A stretch of DNA of 35,080 nucleotides, from contig CAMCIP010000001.1 of assembly GCA_945874855.1 (NCBI GenBank), forward strand, positions 1-35,080. The letters run 5' to 3'. The notes under the pieces are model-generated. The model searched no databases, was not told where the DNA came from, and was given only the letters and a program-made list of their open reading frames with translations. A program made the translations under genes and the position numbers. This DNA is from Brevundimonas vancanneytii (GTDB lineage Bacteria; Pseudomonadota; Alphaproteobacteria; Caulobacterales; Caulobacteraceae). Shown in pieces: positions 1 to 8,515 of this stretch (its first letter is position 1; each line of letters opens with the position of its first letter).

Positions 1-1658
1 TGCACGATCAGGCCATTGACGAAGGCGCCCAGCGCCGCCGCCTGGGCCAGGGACGTCGGGGTGCCTTGGGCGATCAGGGCGTTGATCTGCGCCTGATACT
101 GGGGAAGGGCCAGCAGGCCGCCCAGAACCGAGCGGCCGTTCACGACCTCGCTGGCGAAGCCGACGGTCTTCTCGTCCTGGGTCCAGCGCAGGCCGGCCGA
201 GACTTCAAACTGGTCGGTGAAGGCAAAGGTGACGTCCCCGAACACGTCGTAGGAAGTCAATTCCTGGGAGTTGGTCGACTCTTCGATGTGGGCAGGCTTC
301 AGATTGGTGCGCACGCCCGGACGCACGGGCGCGGGCAGGCCGAAGCCGGCGAGGATCGGCTCGATCAGGCCGGCGGTGGTGTAGGCAGCGGCGGGCAGGA
401 CATTGTTCCCCGCCGCCATCGGATTGCCGTCCAGCAGGCCGGCCACCTGGGCCAGGGCGATGCGCTCGTCGAACTGGGTCACGACGCGCTGGCGGCCATC
501 CTCATGGAAATAGCCGGCGCCGATGAAGGCCGACCACCGCTCGCCACCGTCGATGTTGAGGCGGAACTCCTGGCTGGTCTGCTCGCCATAGGCGTCTTCG
601 GCCGCGGAGAGCACCGGCAGGGAGATGCCGTCGGCGTCGAAGGTTTCGTAGGAATCGAACTGACGGTACGCAGTGATGGAGGTCAGGGTCAGCATGGGCG
701 AGAACTCCCACTCGCCGATGCCGGTCACGCCCCAGACTTCGCGATCGAGGCCCAGTTCCTTGCCGCCATCGAACAGGGCGTTGGGGGTCAGGGCCGCGCC
801 TTCCCAGGGTTCACGCCCCCCCAGGACGGCACCCGTGGCGGGGTCGGACGGGAAATACTGGCGGGACTTGAACGAGGTGCCCGTGCCGTCGTCGCCCTGC
901 CAGTTGGCGATGATGTCATAGCGGAACGTCTCGGACGGGGCGAAGGCGATGGAGCCGCGCAGGGCTTCCGTCCGCACCCCGTTGTAGTCATCGCCGCCCA
1001 ACAGGTTGTCGACGTAGCCGTCGCGGTTCTTGCTGCGCCCGGCGAGGCGCACGGCGAGGGTCTCGCCGACGGGGATGTTGATCATCCCTTCGATCAGATG
1101 GGTGTCGATCTGGCCGATGGCTCCGGCGATTTCGCCTTCATGCACGCCGATCACCGGGCGGTTCTGCACGATATTGACCGCACCGATCAGGGCGCCGCGG
1201 CCGTACAGGGTCGATTGCGGGCCCTTGGCGATCTCGACGCGCTGCAGGTCGAACAGCTCGACATAGGTGCCGCGCGACTTCGAGATCGAGACGCCGTCCT
1301 GATAGACCGAAACCCGGGGCTCAACCGTGGCCTCTCCGGAGTCCGAGGTGATGCCGCGCATCACAAAGGCCGGATTGTTGGGGGACTGGTTCTGCACCAG
1401 GAAGCCCGGGACGAAGGCCGACAGGGTGTCGAACTCCTGGATGCCGAGATCGTTCAGAAACTCGCCGGTGTAGGCGGTCAGGGCGAAGGGGACCTCGATG
1501 GGGTCCTGCTCGCGCAGCTGGGCGGTGACGACGATGTCGTCGACGCGGGTTTCGGTCGGGTCCTGCTCCTGGGCCAGAACGGTGGACGCGGCGGCCCAGG
1601 TCAAGACGGCGGCGCCGGCGCTGAGCAACAGTGACGGACGGGTGGTGGTGCGGCGCAT
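1..1658 (-). CDS. TonB-dependent receptor, N-terminal part (3' end beyond left window edge)
   Basis: Absent from the ORF track because it is open at the edge. My translation from ATG 1658 (GGGGGA upstream) gives MRRTTTRPSLLLSAGAAVLTWAAASTVLAQEQ (signal peptide), DDIVVTAQLREQ (TonB-box region), VMRGITSDSG, VYQDGV and DLQRVEIAKGPQSTLYGRGALIGAVNIV (plug-domain signature). Confidence 0.93.
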   Translation of the reverse strand, partial: MRRTTTRPSLLLSAGAAVLTWAAASTVLAQEQDPTETRVDDIVVTAQLREQDPIEVPFALTAYTGEFLNDLGIQEFDTLSAFVPGFLVQNQSPNNPAFVMRGITSDSGEATVEPRVSVYQDGVSISKSRGTYVELFDLQRVEIAKGPQSTLYGRGALIGAVNIVQNRPVIGVHEGEIAGAIGQIDTHLIEGMINIPVGETLAVRLAGRSKNRDGYVDNLLGGDDYNGVRTEALRGSIAFAPSETFRYDIIANWQGDDGTGTSFKSRQYFPSDPATGAVLGGREPWEGAALTPNALFDGGKELGLDREVWGVTGIGEWEFSPMLTLTSITAYRQFDSYETFDADGISLPVLSAAEDAYGEQTSQEFRLNIDGGERWSAFIGAGYFHEDGRQRVVTQFDERIALAQVAGLLDGNPMAAGNNVLPAAAYTTAGLIEPILAGFGLPAPVRPGVRTNLKPAHIEESTNSQELTSYDVFGDVTFAFTDQFEVSAGLRWTQDEKTVGFASEVVNGRSVLGGLLALPQYQAQINALIAQGTPTSLAQAAALGAFVNGLIV

Positions 1659-1698
1659 GTCGGATCCCCCTTGAACGCAGGAAACGGCCCTAGACCCG

Positions 1699-1753
1699 CG
1701 GCGTGTCGGGCCCGAGACGTTGCCGTTGCGCCCCTGTGACCGTGGCGTGGCGG
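1699..1753 (-). promoter_or_regulatory. Putative degenerate PHO-box array (five 11-bp-spaced units) upstream of the TonB receptor
   Basis: Minus strand reads ccGCCACgcca cgGTCACaggg gcGCAACggca acGTCTCgggc ccGACACgccg: GTCAC-like cores at exact 11-bp spacing, about 40-95 bp upstream of the ATG. Confidence 0.45.
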
Positions 1754-1796
1754 CGGCGCGAAAGTCCGGCCGTGAACGGAGGGGACGCCGAAGGGG

Positions 1797-2807
1797 TCAG
1801 GCCGCGGCCCAGGCCGCCAGCTCGGCGATGCGGGCCGCCTTGTCGGCGTCGTCCAGGAAGCTGCCTTCGAAACTGTTGCGCGCGATCAGCGTCACCTGGT
1901 CGCGGGTCAGGCCGACGGCGGCAGCCAGGGCGCGATAGTTGTCGTTCACATAGCCGCCGAAATAGGCCGGATCGTCGGAGTTCAGCGTCACGTGCAGCCC
2001 TTGGCGCAGCATCTCCGGAACAGGGTGCGCCCCGAGGTCGTTCACCACGCACAGCTTCAGGTTCGAGAGGGGGCAGACGGTCAAGGTCATGCCCTCGGCG
2101 GCCAGACGCGCGACCAGGGCCGGATCCTCCATCGACCGGTTGCCATGGTCGAGCCGGTCAATCCGCAACAGATCCAGCGCCTCCTGCACATAGGCAGGTG
2201 GACCCTCCTCACCGGCATGGGCGACGCGCCTGAGGCCCATCTCACCCGCCCGGTCGAACACGCGCCGGAATTTGGACGGCGGATGGCCGACCTCGGACGA
2301 GTCCAGGCCGACTCCGACGATCCGGTCCAGCCAGGGTTCTGCCGCCTTCAGGGTGGCGAAGGCGGCGTCCTCGTCCAGATGACGCAGAAAGCAGAGGATC
2401 AGTTTCGACGTGACGCCCAGCTCCGCCTCCGCCGCCGCCATCCCTGCCAGCAGGCCGTCGGCCGCGACGGCGAATGGCAGACCCCGGTCGGTGTGGGTCT
2501 GGGGGTCGAAGAAAATCTCTGCGTGGCGGACGGTGTCGGCATGGGCCCGTCGGAAATAGGCCAGGGCCAGATCGTGGAAGTCCTCCTCCGTGCGCAGGAC
2601 GTCGGCACCCGCATAATAGATGTCGAGGAAGTCCTGGAGGTTGGAAAAGTCGTAGGCCGCCCGGACCGCCTCGACGTTCTCGAAGGGGATGGCCACGCGG
2701 TTGCGACGCGCGAAGGCGAACATCTGCTCCGGTTCCAGACTGCCCTCGATATGCAGGTGCAGTTCGGCCTTGGGCAGGCCGGCGATGAAGGCGTCGAGGT
2801 CGGTCAT
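1797..2807 (-). CDS. add: Adenosine/adenine deaminase (amidohydrolase family; probably adenine deaminase subtype)
   Basis: LPKAELHLHIEG (HxH metal motif), EIFFDPQTH, GLDSSE, VAHAGEEG, RLDHG, TVCPLSN, NSDDPAYFGG; 336 aa. Confidence 0.93.
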   Translation of the reverse strand: MTDLDAFIAGLPKAELHLHIEGSLEPEQMFAFARRNRVAIPFENVEAVRAAYDFSNLQDFLDIYYAGADVLRTEEDFHDLALAYFRRAHADTVRHAEIFFDPQTHTDRGLPFAVAADGLLAGMAAAEAELGVTSKLILCFLRHLDEDAAFATLKAAEPWLDRIVGVGLDSSEVGHPPSKFRRVFDRAGEMGLRRVAHAGEEGPPAYVQEALDLLRIDRLDHGNRSMEDPALVARLAAEGMTLTVCPLSNLKLCVVNDLGAHPVPEMLRQGLHVTLNSDDPAYFGGYVNDNYRALAAAVGLTRDQVTLIARNSFEGSFLDDADKAARIAELAAWAAA

Positions 2808-2848
2808 GGTCTGCCATCCATGGTCCGAATCCGTCAGGGCGTCGAGGT

Positions 2849-3637
2849 TCAGGGCTGCGGGTTCGACACCACCAGCCGCAGGTGTCCACGCCGGGGCATG
2901 GGCGGGGGCGGGCCGGGCGGCGGCGCGTCGTCGGAAGCTTCGTGCGCCAGTGGCGGCGCCCAGGCGTCGGGTCGCTCGATCCAGGCCTGGCCCCGGCGCA
3001 GCCGTTCCGGCAGCACCGCCTGGGCCACCTGCGCCTCGTCAATCTCCACCAGGCGGTCGCACCATTCGACGATCTGGCGATTGTGCCGGCGGCCGGGCGG
3101 GGCCACGCCGACCAGCCGCTTGTCGGGATGGGATTCCTTCAGATACCGGGCGGTCGCGGCGTGGTCGCCGTCGGTGGTGACGACATAGGCGACGTCGAAG
3201 CGATCTGCGGCCGCGTCTGCGGCCACGGCCAACGCCAGATTGACGTCGCTCTGCTTCTCCACCGAGTCCGCCCACGTATGGCCGCACTCGAAGCAGCGGT
3301 CGGTGTGGACGACGAAATGCCCCATCAGGCAGCGCACTCCCCGCGCCCGAAGCGCCTGCTCATAGGCGAACAGGGCCTGCATGCGATTGCGGCGCTGGGG
3401 TCGATGGGCGCTGACCCAGACGGTGGTCGCCAGCCGCTCGCCCGGTGCGATGATGGCCTTGCCCAGGCGGGGAAGGTCCAGCCACAGCAGCTCCGGACGG
3501 CGCAGCTCCAGGATCGAATGGTGCAGGTTGAAGCCGTCGACGTACAGGGCGGCGCGCCGCTTGAGAAACGGCGGAATGAAGTCGTGCGGCGTCAGCCGCC
3601 GCGTCCGCTCCCCGCTCACTCCCGATCCCGGCCCCAC
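2849..3637 (-). CDS. NYN-domain (LabA/DUF88, PIN-like) protein with Pro-rich C-terminal tail
   Basis: LYVDGFNLHH, EKQSDVNLA and VTTDGDH acidic motifs of the NYN/PIN fold; internal CFECGH. Start uncertain (GTG 3637 or GTG 3619). Confidence 0.85.
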   Translation of the reverse strand: MGPGSGVSGERTRRLTPHDFIPPFLKRRAALYVDGFNLHHSILELRRPELLWLDLPRLGKAIIAPGERLATTVWVSAHRPQRRNRMQALFAYEQALRARGVRCLMGHFVVHTDRCFECGHTWADSVEKQSDVNLALAVAADAAADRFDVAYVVTTDGDHAATARYLKESHPDKRLVGVAPPGRRHNRQIVEWCDRLVEIDEAQVAQAVLPERLRRGQAWIERPDAWAPPLAHEASDDAPPPGPPPPMPRRGHLRLVVSNPQP

Positions 3638-3670
3638 CGATCGCGCCTCACAAGCCCCAAAGGCGGCACG

Positions 3671-3695
3671 TTAACCAAAGGTTTGTGACGGAGTC
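3671..3695. promoter_or_regulatory. CtrA-like box plus adjacent GANTC site upstream of the NYN gene
   Basis: TTAA-ccaaagg-TTTG (3671-3685; 6/8 match to TTAA-N7-TTAA, with a TTAACC half-site) and GAGTC at 3691-3695, in the argS-NYN intergenic gap. Confidence 0.4.
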
Positions 3696-3708
3696 CGTGT
3701 CGCCCGCG

Positions 3709-5511
3709 TCACATCCGTTCGGGCGTCTCTATGCCCAGCAGGTCCAGCGCGGTCTCCAGCTGCGCCAGGGCGGCCTCGGCGAGTGCCAGGCGCGAGGACC
3801 GGGCCGCAGCGTCGGGAGCGACCAGCACGGGGCAGGCGGCGTAGAATTTGGAGAAGCTCTGCGCCAGTCTGTAGGCATGCTCGGCCAGCAGATGCGGCGC
3901 GCGTTTGGCGTAGGCCTCGTCGACCGCCTGCTCAAAGGCGTCCAGGGTCAGGGCGAGGTCGCGCTCGGCCGGCTCGGCGATGACGATCGAGCCGGTGGAC
4001 ACGCCCTGGCCGGCGGCCTTCCTGAGCAGGGATTTGATGCGCACGGCCTGATACAGCAGATAGGGCCCGGTGCGGCCCTCGAAACTGGTGAACCGGTCCA
4101 GATCGAAGACGTAGCTGGTCGTGCGCGCGTTCGACAGGTCGGCGAATTTCAGGGCCGCGACCGCCACCTTGTGGGCGATGTCCTCAAACTCTTCCGCCGG
4201 CAGGTCGTCGCCCAGCTCAGCCTCACGCAGGCGTTCGCGCGCCTTGTGCGTGGCCATGGTGATCAGGTCGTGCAGCTTCAGCACACCGCCGGCGCGGGTC
4301 TTGAAGGGCTTGCCGTCCGGCCCGTTCATGGTGCCGAAGCCGAGGTGCTGCAAGGAACCTTCGGGCGCGTAGCCGGCCAGGTGGGCGGCGCGGAAGACCT
4401 GTTCGAAATGCTCGGCCTGCCGCTCGTCGACGACGTACAGGATCAGGTCGGGATCCAGGCTCTTGCGGCGATCCAGAATGGTGGCGAGGTCGGTGGTTCC
4501 GTACATGGCCGACCCCTCGGAGCTGATGACCAGCAGGGGCGGCGGGCTGGGGGCCTCGACGACCGAGCCGTCGGCCAGCTTTTTCTTGCGGGTCTCGCCG
4601 GGGCGGGCGACATGGACCACGCGCGCGCCGTCATCCTCGACCAGAAGGCCGGTCGCCTCCAGATGGGCGATCATTTCCGGCATCAGGGGATCAGCGTCGC
4701 TCTCGCCGTTCCACAGGTCGAAGGTGACGCCCAGGGCGCCGAACTCGCGCTGCAGGGCGCCCCGGCTGACGGCGACGAAGTGGGCCCACAGGGCGCGATA
4801 CCCGGCACGCCCCGCCTGCAGCTCCGCCGTGGCCTTGCGCGCACGGTCGCGGAAGCCGGCGTCTTCCTTGGCGCGGGCGGCGGCGGCCGGATAGAGGCGC
4901 TCCAGGTCGTCCAGGGTCACCGGGCTTTCCGCGGGAAAGGGCCCGTCCCCGTCGACCATGAAGGCCGACGCGCGTCCCTCGTCAGCGCAGGCGACGATCA
5001 GAAGGCCCATCTGGAAACCCCAGTCGCCGAAATGGGCATCGCCCCAGACTGTGTCTCCACGAAAGCGGAACAGGCGCTTCAGACTCTCGCCGATGATCGA
5101 GCTGCGCAGATGGCCGACGTGCATCGGCTTGGCCACATTCGGCCCGGCATAGTCGATCACAACCCGCCGGGGCTCATCCACGGCGGCTGCGCCGGTGCGC
5201 TGGAGGTCGGACGCCACCTCGGCGGCGCGCGTGGCCAGCGTTCCGTCCGCGACCTTCAGATTGATGAAGCCGGGGCCGGCCACGTCCACCGCCGCAAGGC
5301 GCGGGTCGCCGTTCAACCGTGCCGCCACCCGGCCGGCGAGGTCGCGCGGATTGGCGCCGGCCGCCCGGGCCAGGGACAGGGCGGCGTTGGACTGGAAATC
5401 GGCCAGGTCAGGGCGGTCCGAGGCTGTCACGCGCACCGCGGACGCGTCCACGCCTTCGGCGGCGAAGGCGGCCGCGACCGCTTCGCCGAGGACGGTTCTG
5501 AGCGCGCTCAT
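3709..5511 (-). CDS. argS: Arginine--tRNA ligase
   Basis: [35 protein letters not shown] (HIGH motif), [14 protein letters not shown] (KMSKS-like), [12 protein letters not shown]-terminal ERM. Confidence 0.98.
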   Translation of the reverse strand: MSALRTVLGEAVAAAFAAEGVDASAVRVTASDRPDLADFQSNAALSLARAAGANPRDLAGRVAARLNGDPRLAAVDVAGPGFINLKVADGTLATRAAEVASDLQRTGAAAVDEPRRVVIDYAGPNVAKPMHVGHLRSSIIGESLKRLFRFRGDTVWGDAHFGDWGFQMGLLIVACADEGRASAFMVDGDGPFPAESPVTLDDLERLYPAAAARAKEDAGFRDRARKATAELQAGRAGYRALWAHFVAVSRGALQREFGALGVTFDLWNGESDADPLMPEMIAHLEATGLLVEDDGARVVHVARPGETRKKKLADGSVVEAPSPPPLLVISSEGSAMYGTTDLATILDRRKSLDPDLILYVVDERQAEHFEQVFRAAHLAGYAPEGSLQHLGFGTMNGPDGKPFKTRAGGVLKLHDLITMATHKARERLREAELGDDLPAEEFEDIAHKVAVAALKFADLSNARTTSYVFDLDRFTSFEGRTGPYLLYQAVRIKSLLRKAAGQGVSTGSIVIAEPAERDLALTLDAFEQAVDEAYAKRAPHLLAEHAYRLAQSFSKFYAACPVLVAPDAAARSSRLALAEAALAQLETALDLLGIETPERM

Positions 5512-6173
5512 CTGCGTCTGCAGGTGCCCGGGTCGGCCGGGCCGGCGTCAACGCAGAAGCGACTGCCATTGCGGTTGAACGCCGCCATCTCGGGTGTCAC
5601 GTCGAAGCCGATCAGGATTTCGAAATTGGCACCGGAGGTGGTCACGTCCGCGCGCGGAATGACGATCCGCTGCTGCTCCCGCACGTCGGTCCGATCGGCG
5701 CCGTTGAAGACGACCGGAAGGTCGAAGTATTCCTTGGCCAGCACGGCGCGGTCGCGGGCCGTGACCGCCACCCAGTAACGATAGGTCCGGCCGTCGCCGT
5801 CGGCGCGCGGGCCCTTGCCCAGGCGGAACAGCATGTCGACGTCGATGGTGATCGGCTCCTCGTTGCGATAGCTGCAATCCGAGGTCACCCCCTCGATCTC
5901 GCCCGTGTAACCGACGGCGGTCGTCGAGGCTCGCCCGTCGGCCAGCTCAACATAGCGCGCGGCGTCATAGAGGATGCGCACCGTGGGGCAGGGCCCTGCA
6001 TTGGCCCGACGCGACAGGGGGGCGATGCGTGGGGCGCGGGCTCGCTGGTCCTGTGCGGATCCGTCGGCGTTCTGCTGCCCGTCCTGGGGGCGTCGGTTCT
6101 GCGCCTCCGCCGCTGTGGGCAGGGCGGCGACAGCCAGACCGGCGACGAGGAGAGTCAGAAGGACGCGACGCAT
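5508..6173 (-). CDS. Exported hypothetical protein (signal peptide, several Cys); stop overlaps argS start (ATGA)
   Basis: [24 protein letters not shown] signal with AxA site; CPTVRIL...YWVAV...FEILIGF folded-looking core; coding-like composition. Confidence 0.75.
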   Translation of the reverse strand: MRRVLLTLLVAGLAVAALPTAAEAQNRRPQDGQQNADGSAQDQRARAPRIAPLSRRANAGPCPTVRILYDAARYVELADGRASTTAVGYTGEIEGVTSDCSYRNEEPITIDVDMLFRLGKGPRADGDGRTYRYWVAVTARDRAVLAKEYFDLPVVFNGADRTDVREQQRIVIPRADVTTSGANFEILIGFDVTPEMAAFNRNGSRFCVDAGPADPGTCRRR

Positions 6174-6327
6174 GTTCAGTTATCCGGCAACCAGGGAAGG
6201 ACGCGCGGCGCGGGCGCGACGGCGGCCGGACGCTCGCCGCTGATAGCGGCTAAAGCGAGGCGCGGCAAACGGGGCGGGTGGCGTGGGGGAGGTGGCGCGA
6301 TGGCGGTCCAGCCTCTACCTTGCAGCC

Positions 6328-7299
6328 ATGACCGCCTCTCCGCCGAGCCTCGCTCCCGCCCGCAGACCGCTGATCGTCAGGCTGGCCACGCCACGCGGCT
6401 TTTGCGCGGGCGTTGATCGCGCCATCCAGATCGTCGAGCGTGCGCTCGAGAAGTTCGGCGCTCCCGTCTACGTCCGCCACGAGATCGTTCACAACCGCCA
6501 TGTCGTCGAGCGGCTGAAGGCCATGGGGGCGGTGTTCGTCAAGGATCTGGACGACTGTCCCGATGACCGGCCGGTGGTCTTCTCCGCCCACGGTGTGCCC
6601 AAGTCGGTGCCAGCAGCGGCCCGGGCGCGCGAGATGGTCTTTCTGGACGCCACCTGTCCCCTGGTCTCCAAGGTGCACGTCGAAGCCGAGCGCCACCACA
6701 TCGCGGGCCGCCACATCCTGCTGATCGGCCACGCCGGGCATCCGGAGGTGGTCGGTACACTGGGGCAACTGCCGGATGGCGCCATAACCCTTGTCGAGAC
6801 GGTCGAGGACGCCGAGACGGTCCAGCGCCCCGGCGACGCGCCCATGGCCTACGCCACGCAAACGACCCTGTCGGTCGACGACACCGCCGAAATCCTGGCC
6901 GTGCTCAAGCGGCGGTTCCCCGAACTGCCCGACCCCCACAAGGAAGACATCTGCTACGCCACGACCAACCGCCAGGAGGCCGTCAAGCGCCTGGGGCAGG
7001 GTTGCGACCTGGTGCTGGTGATCGGCTCGGCCAACTCCTCGAACTCGGTTCGTCTGGTCGAGGTGGCCCTGCGCGCCGGTGCGCGCGACGCCCGCCTCGT
7101 GGACGACGCAAGCCGGGTCGACTGGTCCTGGCTGGACGGGGTCGACGTGCTGGGCATAACCGCAGGCGCTTCGGCCCCGGAAAGCCTGATCGAAGGCCTG
7201 ATCGACGCCGTGCGGGCGCGATTCGACGCCGAAGTGGTCGAGGACGCCGGGAAGCGGGAGACCGTGACCTTCAAGCTGCCGCGTCTGCTGACGGCCTGA
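6328..7299 (+). CDS. ispH: 4-hydroxy-3-methylbut-2-enyl diphosphate reductase
   Basis: [54 protein letters not shown]; three Fe-S cysteines. ATG 6328 chosen over GTG 6283. Confidence 0.98.
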   Translation: MTASPPSLAPARRPLIVRLATPRGFCAGVDRAIQIVERALEKFGAPVYVRHEIVHNRHVVERLKAMGAVFVKDLDDCPDDRPVVFSAHGVPKSVPAAARAREMVFLDATCPLVSKVHVEAERHHIAGRHILLIGHAGHPEVVGTLGQLPDGAITLVETVEDAETVQRPGDAPMAYATQTTLSVDDTAEILAVLKRRFPELPDPHKEDICYATTNRQEAVKRLGQGCDLVLVIGSANSSNSVRLVEVALRAGARDARLVDDASRVDWSWLDGVDVLGITAGASAPESLIEGLIDAVRARFDAEVVEDAGKRETVTFKLPRLLTA

Positions 7300-7312
7300 A
7301 GGTCGGCCCGGC

Positions 7313-7885
7313 TCAGAGCCCCGGGATCTTGAAGCCGGTCCCGCGACGCGGCGTGATGACGATGGTGTTCTGCCCCCCCGTCAGGGTCTGAAGACGTTCG
7401 AACTCGGTGGTCGGATCGATCATCACAGCGCCCTCGCCCGTCAGGGTCTGGGTGGCGGCCTGGGTGGCGGCGTCGTCGCGACGCCAGAACATCACGCGTT
7501 CGGCCCACCCCTGTTCCTTGTGAGCCAGGTCGCCGAACTCATTGTCGATCTGGTAGCGGACGCGGCTGTCCACGGCGTCGGTGCCGGCGCCCACGCGCTG
7601 GGCCAGGAGCTGTTCGCCTTCCGAACGGGTGACGGCACCCCGTTCATTGGCGAGAATCCGGCGTGCCTCGATCTCGGGGGTCACGTCCTGGGGCCGCGGC
7701 TGACCGGGCTCGGGGGGGCGCAGGCCATATTCGGGCGGCAGGGTCAGGGGGGCCGTCGACACCGTCAGGAACTCATCAGGCGTCACCTTGGTCAGGCCGA
7801 CGCTCTGGCGGATGCTCGAACAGGCCTGAAGGCCCATGGCGGCGGCGGCGACCAGTCCGAGGATGGCAAACTTGCGGATCGACAT
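7313..7885 (-). CDS. DUF3035-family lipoprotein
   Basis: Lipobox LQAC after a hydrophobic stretch; TPDEFLTV...PLTLPPEYGLRPPEPG signature; lies downstream of lspA. Confidence 0.8.
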   Translation of the reverse strand: MSIRKFAILGLVAAAAMGLQACSSIRQSVGLTKVTPDEFLTVSTAPLTLPPEYGLRPPEPGQPRPQDVTPEIEARRILANERGAVTRSEGEQLLAQRVGAGTDAVDSRVRYQIDNEFGDLAHKEQGWAERVMFWRRDDAATQAATQTLTGEGAVMIDPTTEFERLQTLTGGQNTIVITPRRGTGFKIPGL

Positions 7886-7951
7886 GGGGGGCTCAACTCA
7901 CGAAGGCGGCCGGGCGCGACACGACGCGCATCTGCACTGAAGAGCGTCTGA

Positions 7952-8464
7952 TTACGACTTTTCGGGGGCCGCGCCAACCGTCGCAGCACCGCGCCGGTCG
8001 CTCAGGAAGCCGTCCAGAAAAAGCAGGCCAACGCCCACGGTGATCGCCGAGTCCGCGACGTTGAAGACCCAGGGAAACAATCCGGTGCCGGAAAAGTCGA
8101 CGAAGTCGACGACGTAGCCGAACCGGAACCGGTCAATTGCATTGCCGAGAGCGCCGCCGATCACGAGGCCGATGGCGCTGATCAACACGCGTCGATCGGT
8201 CCGTGTGGCCCACCAGGCCAGCACGCCCGACACCACGACCGAGAAGATGGTGAGGGCCCAGCGGGCTTCGCCGCCGCCGAACAGGCCGAAGCTGACGCCG
8301 GTGTTCTCGACATAGCTGAAGTTCAGGATGGGCGGCAGGACCGGAACCTGTCCGACTTCGCGCAGGCTGAGCCCGTCCAGGATCCAGGCCTTGGTGGCCT
8401 GGTCAACCAGGATGATGACCAGGGCGAAGCCATAGGCGGCCCAGGCGATGCGGGGAATCTTCAT
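7952..8464 (-). CDS. lspA: Lipoprotein signal peptidase (signal peptidase II)
   Basis: DQATK, NTGVSFG, GGALGNAIDR, VVDFVD, VFNVADSAI. Confidence 0.97.
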   Translation of the reverse strand: MKIPRIAWAAYGFALVIILVDQATKAWILDGLSLREVGQVPVLPPILNFSYVENTGVSFGLFGGGEARWALTIFSVVVSGVLAWWATRTDRRVLISAIGLVIGGALGNAIDRFRFGYVVDFVDFSGTGLFPWVFNVADSAITVGVGLLFLDGFLSDRRGAATVGAAPEKS

Positions 8465-8515
8465 GTCGGCGCGGTTAGCAGCCAGGGGCGACGCTGGGAA
8501 GACTTCGGGCCGGGA

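Noticed and set aside
66-1634. 522-aa plus-strand ORF
   Set aside because: Antisense shadow of the TonB-dependent receptor, which has clear family motifs on the minus strand.
1797-3637. Deaminase plus nuclease as an anti-phage system (RADAR-like or toxin-antitoxin)
   Set aside because: The deaminase is a standard 336-aa housekeeping-type enzyme; there is no partner ATPase or antitoxin, no GC anomaly, and no defence or mobile context.
4540-4610. Basic/Pro insert in ArgS ([23 protein letters not shown]) as an intein or mobile insert
   Set aside because: It is far too short and has no intein terminal motifs; most likely a lineage-specific surface loop.
3685-5778. 697-aa plus-strand ORF, and similar long ORFs at 12963-15161, 14500-16026, 24709-26211, 27425-29134 and 28821-30152
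   Set aside because: They lie antisense to well-supported genes, lack recognisable motifs, and are expected from stop-codon scarcity in high-GC DNA.
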